A stretch of 64,000 nucleotides of DNA from Promethearchaeota archaeon. Its GTDB lineage: Archaea; Asgardarchaeota; Hermodarchaeia; Hermodarchaeales; Hermodarchaeaceae. The notes under the pieces were generated by a model that was given only the letters and a program-made list of their open reading frames with translations, had not been told where the DNA came from and did not search any database. Of the stretch, positions 48,464-58,349 are shown in pieces; position 1 is the first letter of the stretch, and each line of letters starts with the position of its first letter. The translations under genes and the position numbers were made by a program. The DNA lies in assembly GCA_048939625.1 (NCBI GenBank), contig JBHLPH010000003.1, forward strand, positions 1 through 64,000. Reading direction: 5' to 3'.

Positions 48464-49546
48464 ATGGGTCCGATTAGAGTTGCTATTGCCGGGCTAGGAA
48501 ATTGCGCATCCGCCCTCGTTCAAGGCGTGCACTATTATAAGGACGTCTCGGGAGACGAGGATCGCGTCACCGGCCTCATGCATCCATCTTTCGGAGGTTA
48601 TTTACCCCGCGACATCGAATTTGTGTCCGCCTTTGAAGTTAATGCGGGAAAAATCGGGAAGGATATTAGCGAGGCGATTTTTGTTCATCCCAATTGTGTA
48701 ATCAAATTTGCAGAAACACCCAAACTAGGAGTCAAGGTGCTTCCCGCCCCAATAATGGATGGAGTAGCCGAACACATGTTTGGTGCTTTTGATGTATATG
48801 ATCCCAAGGAAATTAAAGCCGTCGATGTAGCCGAAGAACTCCGTAATTCAAAAGCAGAGATTCTTGTCAACTTTCTTCCCGTCGGGAGTGCAGAAGCGTC
48901 TCGTTATTATGCTCAAGCAGCGTTAGATGCGGGATGCGGTTTCATTAATTGTATTCCTGAATTCATTGTCTCGGATAGCGGATGGCAAGATAAATTCCGT
49001 AAAGCCGGTCTCCCATTGGCGGGTGATGATATCAAAAGCCAAGTAGGGGCCACAATTCTTCACCGAGTTATCGCTCAATTGTTATCAGATCGCGGAATTG
49101 AAATTGATGAGACCTACCAGTTGAACATTGGTGGAAACACAGATTTTGAAAACATGCTTGCTGAACACCGTCTAAAAAGCAAACGAATTAGCAAAACTGA
49201 GGCTGTGACCAGCATTCTTGATTACCCGGTTCCAACACGGATTGGACCAAGCGACTACGTTCCGTTTCTCGATGACACCAAGGTATGCTATATCCATGCT
49301 CAAGGCAAGAAATGGGGCGGAATGCCCATCCAGATTGCTCTAAAACTTTCTGTTGAAGATTCCCCAAATAGCGCAGGAGTCGTTGCAGATGTCATCCGAG
49401 CCACAAAAATCGCCTTAGACCGCAGAACAAGTGGTCCATTATTGAGTATTTCGAGCTATTGCTTTAAGCACCCACCAGAGCAGATTGAGGATAGTATTGC
49501 TAAATTGCGGGTTGAAGAGTACATCCAAGGACAACGTGAACGCTAA
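48464..49546 (+). CDS. myo-Inositol-1(3)-phosphate synthase
   Basis: GLGNCASALVQG, GDDIKSQVGAT, GGNTDF, SKTEAV, DSPNSAG. Confidence 0.96.
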   Translation: MGPIRVAIAGLGNCASALVQGVHYYKDVSGDEDRVTGLMHPSFGGYLPRDIEFVSAFEVNAGKIGKDISEAIFVHPNCVIKFAETPKLGVKVLPAPIMDGVAEHMFGAFDVYDPKEIKAVDVAEELRNSKAEILVNFLPVGSAEASRYYAQAALDAGCGFINCIPEFIVSDSGWQDKFRKAGLPLAGDDIKSQVGATILHRVIAQLLSDRGIEIDETYQLNIGGNTDFENMLAEHRLKSKRISKTEAVTSILDYPVPTRIGPSDYVPFLDDTKVCYIHAQGKKWGGMPIQIALKLSVEDSPNSAGVVADVIRATKIALDRRTSGPLLSISSYCFKHPPEQIEDSIAKLRVEEYIQGQRER

Positions 49547-49562
49547 CTGGCATCTCTTTTTT

Positions 49563-49760
49563 TCAATCATCAGATGATTGGGGCATGGTTAGTGGTGATC
49601 CTGAGATCCAGAGTTCACGTTTGAGAAGATCACGGATTGCCACACGAATCGCTTCACTTCTAGTCGGATAAGTCCCTCTGTCAACAAGAGTATCCAATCC
49701 TCGCACATAGGCTTTGGGAAGTTTGACTGAGACCAAATGCAAGCGTATTACCCTGGACAT
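49563..49760 (-). CDS. Ribbon-helix-helix (CopG/Arc/MetJ) regulator
   Basis: VSVKLP...LDTLVDRGTYPTRSEAIRVAIRDLL. Confidence 0.9.
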   Translation of the reverse strand: MSRVIRLHLVSVKLPKAYVRGLDTLVDRGTYPTRSEAIRVAIRDLLKRELWISGSPLTMPQSSDD

Positions 49761-49891
49761 ACCCTGACCTATACCAGTGTATTATAAAAACACTTTCGCC
49801 TAACTCAAATCTAGCTTATTCCGAGTATGATTTTTCGGAAAAGCCTTTTAAGAAACTCCCGTTCGAAACAGTACAAACTCACCACTCTTGA

Positions 49892-51439
49892 GTGGTAACC
49901 ACAAAGGAGCGATTATTAATAATGGAAAAAATGCCACCTAAAGAACTTCCCTACACAACCCGATCGGTGTGTCCTGAATGTCTTTGCGTTGTTGATGCCA
50001 CCGTGTACGATGAAGACGGACAAGTCAAGATTAAGAAAGAATGTAAAGAACACGGTATTTACGAGGATACCTATTGGTCTAGTGTTGAGCAGTTCAACCG
50101 AGCATTTCAATTCGGCTACAAAGGTATTGGTCTTGATAATCCTAGGACCGAAACGGTTCATGGATGCCCTAATGATTGTGGTCTCTGTCCAAATCATAAA
50201 ACACACACTAATCTCGCCCTCATTGATGTCACAAACCGATGCAACCTAGAGTGCCCCATTTGTTTTGCACATGCAGGAAAAGCCGGATACGTCTATGAAC
50301 CTACTCTTGAAGAAATCCGAGGAATGCTTGAGAATCTTCGAGCTAATGAGCCGGTTCCTGCCCCAGCTGTCCAATTCGCTGGCGGCGAACCCACAATGCG
50401 AGCAGAGCTGCCTGAGATTATTCGAATGGCCAAAGAGGTCGGATTTCCCCACGTTGAGATTGCCACAAACGGATTATTACTTGGACAAAAAGGCTACCCT
50501 AAGAAACTCGCTGATGCGGGACTAAGTACAGTTTATATGCAATTTGACGGCATCACAAAAGAGCCGTATATTGCTGCTCGTGGTGTGAACTTACTTCCCC
50601 AGAAACTGAAAGCTCTTGAACGCTGCCGTGAGGAGGGTCTTCATAGTATTGTCCTTGTTCCAACACTTGTACGGGGAGTGAACGATCACCAGATTGGTGA
50701 CATCATCAGATTTGCTGTTAAAAATAGCGACATTGTGCGATGTGTCAATTTTCAACCCGTAGCAATCACTGGACGTATTGATGCTGACAAACGAAAAGAG
50801 ATGCGAATCACAATCCCAGATCTAAACTGCCTCGCTGAAGAACAAACCGAGGGCAAGTTAAAAACCACCGACTGGTATCCTGTTCCATTTGTTATGCCAT
50901 TTGCACGAGCTCTTGGCGCGTTATCAGGAAGCCCGATGGTCGAATTTTCCGAACATCCTGCCTGTGGCATGGCCACCTTTATCGTCATTGAAGATGACGG
51001 AAGCTGGGAACCTATTACAAAATATGTTGAAGTGGAAAAATTCCTCGGCACGCTTGAAAAGATGGCCAAGGACTTTGAAAAAGGTAGGCAGTGGCGTGGG
51101 AAAATGCGTGGTGTCATGGGAGCCATGCGTTTCTTCAAGAAACGAGGAATGCTCATGAACCTAGCGAACAACCTTCTAATCAAGAAGGATTATGACTCAC
51201 TTGCGGAATTCATGAAACGCATTATTATGATAGGTTCAATGCACTTCATGGACCCCTACAATTTCGATCTCGAACGCGTTGAACGCTGTGGAATTCACTA
51301 CGCTATTCCAGACGGTCGAATCGTACCATTCTGTTCGATGAACTCATTCCATCGATCTAAAATCGAACAGAAATTTGCGATGTCTGTTGAAGAATGGCAA
51401 AAAGCACATCCAGGGAAGAAGTTGAACGCACCAGCATAA
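49892..51439 (+). CDS. tes: Tetraether lipid synthase (radical SAM, Tes/MJ0619 family)
   Basis: CPEC...CKEHG, CPNDCGLCPNH, CNLECPICFA, HPACG, MHFMDPYNFD..RCGIHY..PFC. Confidence 0.9.
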   Translation: MVTTKERLLIMEKMPPKELPYTTRSVCPECLCVVDATVYDEDGQVKIKKECKEHGIYEDTYWSSVEQFNRAFQFGYKGIGLDNPRTETVHGCPNDCGLCPNHKTHTNLALIDVTNRCNLECPICFAHAGKAGYVYEPTLEEIRGMLENLRANEPVPAPAVQFAGGEPTMRAELPEIIRMAKEVGFPHVEIATNGLLLGQKGYPKKLADAGLSTVYMQFDGITKEPYIAARGVNLLPQKLKALERCREEGLHSIVLVPTLVRGVNDHQIGDIIRFAVKNSDIVRCVNFQPVAITGRIDADKRKEMRITIPDLNCLAEEQTEGKLKTTDWYPVPFVMPFARALGALSGSPMVEFSEHPACGMATFIVIEDDGSWEPITKYVEVEKFLGTLEKMAKDFEKGRQWRGKMRGVMGAMRFFKKRGMLMNLANNLLIKKDYDSLAEFMKRIIMIGSMHFMDPYNFDLERVERCGIHYAIPDGRIVPFCSMNSFHRSKIEQKFAMSVEEWQKAHPGKKLNAPA

Positions 51440-51502
51440 GCGTTCGCTTCAAACCCTTCCCTTTATTTTTCAGTTCGTTCCCAATACAATGGGCGTTTTA
51501 TT

Positions 51503-52087
51503 TTGACAATAGATAAGTTACCTTTGAAAGTTGGGACAAGGCTATTAGGAATCGCCGAAAGTGGGGTAACTGGTGCTAGTAGTTCTATTCTATGTGGTGT
51601 TGTAATAAGAAGCGATTTAGTTATTGATGGAGTAATCTGGGACCATGTCACGATTCGTGGCATGGATGCAACCCAAACAATTCTTCGGATGCTTGAAAGG
51701 CTGAATCGCTTAGATATTCGTGGCATTATGCTTCATGGTACCGTTATTGCAGGTTACAATATTGTTGATATGACGCTATTATTCGAAGAATTGTCACTTC
51801 CTATAATCAGCGTTACGAAACAACCTCAAGAGAATTTAAAACAGCATCTCCTATCGACATTTCCAGAAGATTGGAGCAATCGATGGGTTGTGGCACAAAG
51901 AAACGGAGACATTTACCCAGTAGTCATCACTGATACCACAAAGATGTTTGTGCAATGCAAAGGATGCGAGTTGGAAGACGCAAAGAACATAATTAAGCAA
52001 TTTTCTCGATCAACTGGATTACCAGAACCGATTCGGGTAGCGCGTCTACTCGCTCGTGCTTTTGTTGAACAGACCAGTCAGCCTTAG
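51503..52087 (+). CDS. DUF99 (UPF0215, endonuclease V-like fold) protein
   Basis: LGIAES, GMDAT, AGYNIVD, PEPIRVARLLA. Confidence 0.88.
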   Translation: MTIDKLPLKVGTRLLGIAESGVTGASSSILCGVVIRSDLVIDGVIWDHVTIRGMDATQTILRMLERLNRLDIRGIMLHGTVIAGYNIVDMTLLFEELSLPIISVTKQPQENLKQHLLSTFPEDWSNRWVVAQRNGDIYPVVITDTTKMFVQCKGCELEDAKNIIKQFSRSTGLPEPIRVARLLARAFVEQTSQP

Positions 52088-52108
52088 ATTGAAAATATTT
52101 TGAACCAT

Positions 52109-53206
52109 TCAGGTATCTGGCTGATATTCACCGAGGAGCAGTTCAACGATTTCAAGATACCCTTCTGCTGGAAGAAGTGTGAAATAACTATGGGCATTAT
52201 ACCGTGATTGGAGCAGAAGATCTTGAAAGAGTAACAGATTGAGAGAACGGGAGAACTGGTTAACTGAAGAGTGAAAATTAATTTCTTCTGCGACTTGCAC
52301 AAATTGCCTGAAAAGGTTAGTTTTCGTTACATAGATGTGTCCAGGATTTGTGACAAAGTAATGTCCAATCGCTTGTAGAAGAAGAACAACTGTGGCATCT
52401 AATTCTGTAAGACTTGAAAGATGTCCGCTCCAAAAATCATAGTGAAGTGTTCGGGAATTGAGACAAGATTTTCGAATTAAATCAGCAGAAATATCGGAAG
52501 GTGAATTCACAAGGGGATGGAGATTTTGGAGCAACTCAACAACCGTAGCGGGTCTTTGGAAGTCTAGAATGCAAATGATGTCGGCTATGAATTCGCTAAT
52601 GTGCGATGGGAGTTGAGTGAGAAAAACCTCGGCGACTCGTTGTTCTACAATGTCTAATAATTCATGGTCGCTAAATGGTTCAAGTTCTATTGCGATATCG
52701 AGATCTTGTGATGTGCGTTGATCTATTTGTCGAGGAAAATAACGTGGTGCTGTTGCCATTGATGAAACTCCGTTTTCTTTGCACAGTGCTAAAAATTTCT
52801 TATATACGTCACTAGTCAGGGAGTCGACATCATCGAAGATGAAAACAAGAGGTACCTCAGATTTCCGAACGAGTCGCTTAATAAGCGTCCATTGCTCAGG
52901 AAGCAAATCCGGATAATTTGAACTCGGAGCCAAGGCATGAAGTGTATCTGCGATAAGCTCTGTGGAATGTTTGCCATTAAATTGTATTAACGGTCGCCGA
53001 TACATGAAGAGCTCTTGTTTGCCAAAGAACCTTAGAAGAGTTGTTCGACCGACCCCAAAGCTACCGTGGATTAAGATGTTTATTGAACTGTTTGAAGCCT
53101 CATTTGGATCGATTAGATTTGATAATGTCGCCAGTTCTTGCTCTCGGTGTAGAAGCTTTGATGGTAAGTAGTTTGCATTGAATAACGCATCAACTGACGC
53201 TGTCAT
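52109..53206 (-). CDS. Degenerate Cdc6/Orc1-like AAA+ protein
   Basis: NYLPSKLLHREQEL, Walker A GSFGVGRT, Walker B IFDDVD, C-terminal wHTH-like region. Confidence 0.7.
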   Translation of the reverse strand: MTASVDALFNANYLPSKLLHREQELATLSNLIDPNEASNSSINILIHGSFGVGRTTLLRFFGKQELFMYRRPLIQFNGKHSTELIADTLHALAPSSNYPDLLPEQWTLIKRLVRKSEVPLVFIFDDVDSLTSDVYKKFLALCKENGVSSMATAPRYFPRQIDQRTSQDLDIAIELEPFSDHELLDIVEQRVAEVFLTQLPSHISEFIADIICILDFQRPATVVELLQNLHPLVNSPSDISADLIRKSCLNSRTLHYDFWSGHLSSLTELDATVVLLLQAIGHYFVTNPGHIYVTKTNLFRQFVQVAEEINFHSSVNQFSRSLNLLLFQDLLLQSRYNAHSYFTLLPAEGYLEIVELLLGEYQPDT

Positions 53207-53373
53207 ACTAACCTAACCGTTTTGCGTTTTCCACAGAACCTATTTAAACTACAATACGGTCAAGCAAACTATGAACATGTGGGGGAGACTGAAAGTAATA
53301 TTCTTGTGACTGAGAGTTTCGGTGCTCGCAACCATGTTGAAATGGCTTTGATGACTAGAGCAACCTTATAATA

Positions 53374-54117
53374 GTGAAACCACGAAGAAAAGAAAGTAGT
53401 CAGAATTTGAGGATGTCATGGACGATGGCTGAGACTCCGTTTAAAGACCTTCAAGACCTTATGAGACGAATTGAACAATCTACAGGTCTTGAAGCACTTG
53501 CGGTTGTGACCCGTGAAGGTATTCGACTTGCCTGTGCAGTCAGTGGTGATGTTGACTCTGACATTTTTTCGGCAGCAACTGCTACGCTTGTTAACGTGGG
53601 TGAAGAAACGCTCCGACAACTTAGTCAAGGCAGTCTTTCTGAGGTCATTCTAAGAGGTAACAAAGGTTTTACCATCATCATGCGCGGAACACCGGAAACG
53701 CTCCTTGTTGGTGCAAGCCGAGATCAGATTCGCCTCGGATATTACATTGGTCTAATGAAAATCTATGCCACTAAAGTTACTAAAATCATGGAATCACATC
53801 CCCTCGAACCTGACCAACTTCTTGGATTCAGAAAAATGCCTGCCCCAGCTAAACCATCCACAGCTGAAGCAACTACTTTCACTGAACCAACACCTGAACC
53901 CGCCTCCTCAGAACCAACAACAGCCCCAGAAGCAATTATGCCGATGATGGAAGAAGAACCGCAGCCAACTGAGCCCACAATTGCTCCTGTTGAAGAGGAA
54001 GGTCTTGAAACAGTAAGTGTTTCAGAGGCGAGTAGCGAATTAAACGATGTTTCTGTAGACGATAAGGAAGCGATTCTTGCTGCACTTAAGGCATTAGGCT
54101 TCGATGAACCAGAATAG
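53374..54117 (+). CDS. Roadblock/LC7 protein with Pro/Glu-rich C-terminal extension
   Basis: ALAVVTREGIRLACA...IRLGYYIGLM, then a disordered tail. Confidence 0.85.
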   Translation: MKPRRKESSQNLRMSWTMAETPFKDLQDLMRRIEQSTGLEALAVVTREGIRLACAVSGDVDSDIFSAATATLVNVGEETLRQLSQGSLSEVILRGNKGFTIIMRGTPETLLVGASRDQIRLGYYIGLMKIYATKVTKIMESHPLEPDQLLGFRKMPAPAKPSTAEATTFTEPTPEPASSEPTTAPEAIMPMMEEEPQPTEPTIAPVEEEGLETVSVSEASSELNDVSVDDKEAILAALKALGFDEPE

Positions 54118-54197
54118 CGCTATTACTCCCATTCTTTCATGTAATTAAATCCAATGCGTTCATTTTCTTTAAGTAGATTCGGTTATTTCTGTTGCAA

Positions 54198-54890
54198 TTA
54201 TACAAACAAACCGAGAACTGCAATTGCAACAAAGATGAGGAGAAGTATTACTGCCCCAAAAGCTACAAGGGCTTCCAAAAAAATGCTCATGCCCCATGTA
54301 AATTCAGGTGTCGTGATTCGTTCCCCAAGAACATCACGGAGCATTTTTTCAAACCAAGTGTCCTCATAGACTACATGAGAGGTTTCTTCGAGTGTAAGCA
54401 TAATTCCGAAGAGGTCGGGAATGATTTTGCTTGGATCATGGGCATATTCGTAATCAAGTTCGTATTCTTTTCTTCCATCCACTCGGAAAATGTGAAGATC
54501 GAGATCTTCCATATTAAGGGTTTCAGAGAATTTGATGGGATCCATTACGAGGGCAATTGCTTCTGGGAAAAATGCTTGATATCGCAGCTGGGTCGAGACA
54601 TCGGTTCCGGACATGAACACACCAAGTCCAGGGTGTGTATGATGCCAGCCGATGATTACCTCACCTGTTCCTCTTTCAGCTAGTTCCTCAGCAAGGATGG
54701 CCATGTCTGCATCATTAATGTATACATGGGTTCTTGACCCTCTCTGGCGGGGGAAGGTGGCTCGTGTGACAATGATTTTATCTCTTGTAATCTTGCCAAT
54801 GAGAAAGCCGCCAATTTCAGTACGATCAGCACGGGCGGCTTTGCTCAACATTAGTGAGAGGATTCCAGGGTAAATCTCGATTTTACGCAC
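54198..54890 (-). CDS. MPN/JAMM metalloprotease with C-terminal TM anchor
   Basis: EIGGFLIG and HTHPGLGVFMSGTD (H-x-H-x7-S-x2-D); hydrophobic terminal helix. Confidence 0.9.
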   Translation of the reverse strand: MRKIEIYPGILSLMLSKAARADRTEIGGFLIGKITRDKIIVTRATFPRQRGSRTHVYINDADMAILAEELAERGTGEVIIGWHHTHPGLGVFMSGTDVSTQLRYQAFFPEAIALVMDPIKFSETLNMEDLDLHIFRVDGRKEYELDYEYAHDPSKIIPDLFGIMLTLEETSHVVYEDTWFEKMLRDVLGERITTPEFTWGMSIFLEALVAFGAVILLLIFVAIAVLGLFV

Positions 54891-54970
54891 TCTCTGAACC
54901 CCTACTACCTAAGAGTAAGACAAGACTAAAAAGCCTTACTTGTAGTTCTCAGCTAAAGTTATATTGAATC

Positions 54971-57556
54971 GTGTTGTCCATGCGGCCTTTGAAACCTCCT
55001 TTTAATCTTGCTTTATTTCCAGAGAAAAAAAGAGAGTTGGCAGCATTTATTGTAGTTTTTCGTCCTAAACGGCCGCACATACCAATATTACGAGCACGAG
55101 TTCAATTTCAAATGAGGGAGGGTCGACTTCGCCCAGAAAAACTTTGGCTAATTCAAAAGGGCGGGATTAGACCGATTGACCCACGAACCTTTGTCAATTG
55201 GGTACGAAATGCCGAGTATATTGCGATTCCACGACAACCACGGTTTCCTTTCCTTCCAGAACTTAAAGCGATGCTCCGCGATTTCAGCGTAAAAGACCCA
55301 GTAATTGTTCGAGCATGCAACTCTTGCATTGCGGACGGTCGATTGACGATGTTACGCAAACAGCAAGTCTACCAGCTTGAAGGACAACCAGTATGTTACA
55401 AGTGTGCGTCACGAGAATTAACTAACCGTCTCCAAGCCATGGATGTGGAAGTGTCGAAAAGAGCATACAGCAGCCTTGAAACTATGTTACAACAATTGCG
55501 GTCGGTAGAAAAGGTTGCGTCTTTTCTTTCATCACAATTTCGACCAAGTAAAAATCCTGCAATGACCCTTTATGATCAGGTTCAAGCTGTCAAAGAACCT
55601 GAGGAAAAGGTTCCTCTAGCATCTCTTTCCATTCCCAAAAAGCTGATTGATGTATTTGAACAATCAGGAGTGGAGTTTCTTCTTCCAATTCAAGTAAAAG
55701 CACTTGATTCAGGATTATTAGAAGGTCAGTCAATACTAGCTGTTTCTGATACTACAAGTGGAAAATCCTTGGTTGGTGAACTTGCAGGGCTCAAAGCTGC
55801 GATGCAGGGAAAAGTCTACATTTATCTTTCTCCTTTGGTTGCCTTAGCAAACCAAAAATATCATGAGTATAGGGATAAATTCGAACAACTTGGATTACGT
55901 GTGGCAATTCGTGTAGGTATGAGTGGAATCGAGGTAGGAGAGGAAGCTCTTGTTATCGTCGATGACGATGTTTCAGATGCAGATATCATAGTTGCAAGTT
56001 ATGAAGGATTTGACTATTTGCTAAGGTCAGGTAAAGCTGACGCATTTGGGGATGTAGGTGTCGTCGTTATTGATGAAATCCAAATGGTGGCTGATGAGGA
56101 TCGAGGTCCAGAATTAGATGGCTTGATAACTCGTCTACGTACTTTGTTTCCTAAAGCCCAAGTGGTTGCCCTATCAGCAACTGTGGGTAATCCAACAGAG
56201 CTAGCTCATGATTTAGATTTGGTTCCTGTCATTCTTCGTGGACGCCCGGTACCTTTACAACGACATCTGATAATGGTGCTCACTGAGTCTGATAAACTCA
56301 GAATAATTGCTGATCTAGCTAAAGCAGATTTTAGGCAAAAAAGTTCATACGGGTTTCATGGGCAAACAATCGTCTTCACAAATTCGCGACGAAGTACTCA
56401 TTCGATTGCGTCTGAGTTGAAAAAACAGCGGATTCCCTCTCGCGCCTATCACGCAGGGATGACTTATCCGCAACGTCATCAAGTAGAAACAGCATTTGCT
56501 TCAGGGAAAATTGCAGTCGTAGTAACAACAGCAGCTTTAGCTGCTGGAGTAGATTTTCCCGCAAGTACAGTGATTTTTCAAAGTTTAATGATGGGAACTA
56601 AGACCTTGAGTGTTGGTGAATTCACGCAAATGCTTGGTCGCGCCGGACGATTGGGAAAACATGATGTTGGAAAAGCTGTTTTATTGGCTGAGATTGGTCG
56701 ACGATACTTCGGAGATGAACCGAAAACCGAAGAGGAAGTTGCTTTAGATTTATTAAATAATCCCATTGAGGATGTCCACCCTGAAGCAACATTTGAACAA
56801 TCCGTCGATCAATTACTAGCAACTTTATCATGTTATGACTTAATTTCGCGTACTCAACTTGAGGATGCATATCAAAGGCTTCTCTCACGAACCATTACAT
56901 TCCAAGAGGGGCTTAGATTTTTACGGCGTCATAATCTAGCTACTCAACAAGGGCAGGATATCACGCCCACAGAATTGGGTCGCGCCACAGCTATTTCGTA
57001 TTTCTCCGCCTCCAATGTAGCGGCAATCCAAGAATATCGAAAGGACACAGCAGACGATTTATCAGTAAAAATAGAGCCCCTGAGGAACGTCTATTTGTCA
57101 CCGAGACTGCAGAGTGAGATTGAGCGTTCATTGCGTACTCGTTTCGCCACTCGTTTATTTGCTGGTGCTGTATTAGATTTAATGAGCACAAAACGAGGCA
57201 GTCGGTTAAAGCGGTTGCCACGATGGGCATTGCGAATGTTTAGTAAATGGACAGTTGATTTCTTCAATTGCCGCTGTAATGAGAATCCCTTCTGTGATTG
57301 TGGCCAGTGGAATGTATCGAAGGCTGTTTTAGATTTACGTTATCGCGGGCTAACACCATCACAAATCAATTCTAGGTTTCTTGAAGAGTATGAGCTTTTC
57401 ATCTATCCTGGTGATATCTTTGGATTCCTTGACAACCAAGTCCATATCCTTCAGGGTATTAACCGCGTGGCAGAGGTCATCGGTCGTTATGAGCTAGCGG
57501 AAAAAGCAAAGAAGGCTATTGAAGCGATTGAAAATCCATTCACGAGCGAAGGCTAG
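54971..57556 (+). CDS. Archaeal Ski2-like DEAD/DEAH-box helicase with Zn-binding domains
   Basis: TTSGKS, DEIQ, SAT, QMLGRAGR, C-terminal CRC...CDC. Confidence 0.92.
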   Translation: MLSMRPLKPPFNLALFPEKKRELAAFIVVFRPKRPHIPILRARVQFQMREGRLRPEKLWLIQKGGIRPIDPRTFVNWVRNAEYIAIPRQPRFPFLPELKAMLRDFSVKDPVIVRACNSCIADGRLTMLRKQQVYQLEGQPVCYKCASRELTNRLQAMDVEVSKRAYSSLETMLQQLRSVEKVASFLSSQFRPSKNPAMTLYDQVQAVKEPEEKVPLASLSIPKKLIDVFEQSGVEFLLPIQVKALDSGLLEGQSILAVSDTTSGKSLVGELAGLKAAMQGKVYIYLSPLVALANQKYHEYRDKFEQLGLRVAIRVGMSGIEVGEEALVIVDDDVSDADIIVASYEGFDYLLRSGKADAFGDVGVVVIDEIQMVADEDRGPELDGLITRLRTLFPKAQVVALSATVGNPTELAHDLDLVPVILRGRPVPLQRHLIMVLTESDKLRIIADLAKADFRQKSSYGFHGQTIVFTNSRRSTHSIASELKKQRIPSRAYHAGMTYPQRHQVETAFASGKIAVVVTTAALAAGVDFPASTVIFQSLMMGTKTLSVGEFTQMLGRAGRLGKHDVGKAVLLAEIGRRYFGDEPKTEEEVALDLLNNPIEDVHPEATFEQSVDQLLATLSCYDLISRTQLEDAYQRLLSRTITFQEGLRFLRRHNLATQQGQDITPTELGRATAISYFSASNVAAIQEYRKDTADDLSVKIEPLRNVYLSPRLQSEIERSLRTRFATRLFAGAVLDLMSTKRGSRLKRLPRWALRMFSKWTVDFFNCRCNENPFCDCGQWNVSKAVLDLRYRGLTPSQINSRFLEEYELFIYPGDIFGFLDNQVHILQGINRVAEVIGRYELAEKAKKAIEAIENPFTSEG

Positions 57557-58329
57557 TCATCATAAACGAAGTACTTGCGGTTGCCAAGTAAATACGTGAG
57601 AATGGAATTAAACTCTGTTTCAACAACTTGGCTTGAATTTGAAGCGGCAACAGGATCAGTTTGCATTTCAATAATAATCCATTCATCAAACTGGATAGGT
57701 TTGAACGCTTCGAACATCCGTTGTTCAATACGGAACGTCCATATTCGATTAGGATCACTAAAGCGATTTCGCTCCAATGCCTCTTTAAAGGGTGTATACA
57801 ACCGATTCTTTTGCCCACCAAGTAAGAATCGTGCTTTCTTTAGTCCCGATACAAGCATGATATTCTTAGGAACAATATGTTGTTCTGCAATTAGGGTCCG
57901 AGGAATTCCGCCTTCTGTGGTTATCGTGAGGATTTGACCCGAATCTTCAACAGACCCCTTTTTGATGGCGAGTGTACGAATTATCTCCTGAACTTGTTCA
58001 ACCGATGCCTGCTCAAGGGGATCGAGGATTTCAGGGTTGAGAATGTCCAGAACGGGAATCGGTTCACGTGGTCGCATTTTCGTGGGATCGAAGATAACAG
58101 CCCCAACCAGATATTCTACGTCAACTGGTTCTCCTTTAATCAGAACCTGGCCTTTGACGACGCCGGGACCAATGAAGGCAGATCGTACAATTTCTCCTTG
58201 GAGGAAACTGAATAATTGTCTTGAGGCGATAAGCAGTTCTCCACGAAGCGTTTTTTTCTCACCAAAAATAGTAAAATCAGGAATGACAAAATCAAGGACC
58301 CAGAGAAGGGGCGGATTCTGTTCAGTCAT
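57553..58329 (-). CDS. Hypothetical protein
   Basis: 258-aa ORF. Confidence 0.7.
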   Translation of the reverse strand: MTEQNPPLLWVLDFVIPDFTIFGEKKTLRGELLIASRQLFSFLQGEIVRSAFIGPGVVKGQVLIKGEPVDVEYLVGAVIFDPTKMRPREPIPVLDILNPEILDPLEQASVEQVQEIIRTLAIKKGSVEDSGQILTITTEGGIPRTLIAEQHIVPKNIMLVSGLKKARFLLGGQKNRLYTPFKEALERNRFSDPNRIWTFRIEQRMFEAFKPIQFDEWIIIEMQTDPVAASNSSQVVETEFNSILTYLLGNRKYFVYDD

Positions 58330-58349
58330 TATATTTCAACTCAATTGAT

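Noticed and set aside
53207-53373. Replication origin (ORB repeats) next to the Cdc6-like gene
   Set aside because: Only a weak TTCCAC and one G-run; no repeated ORB consensus and no AT-rich unwinding element.
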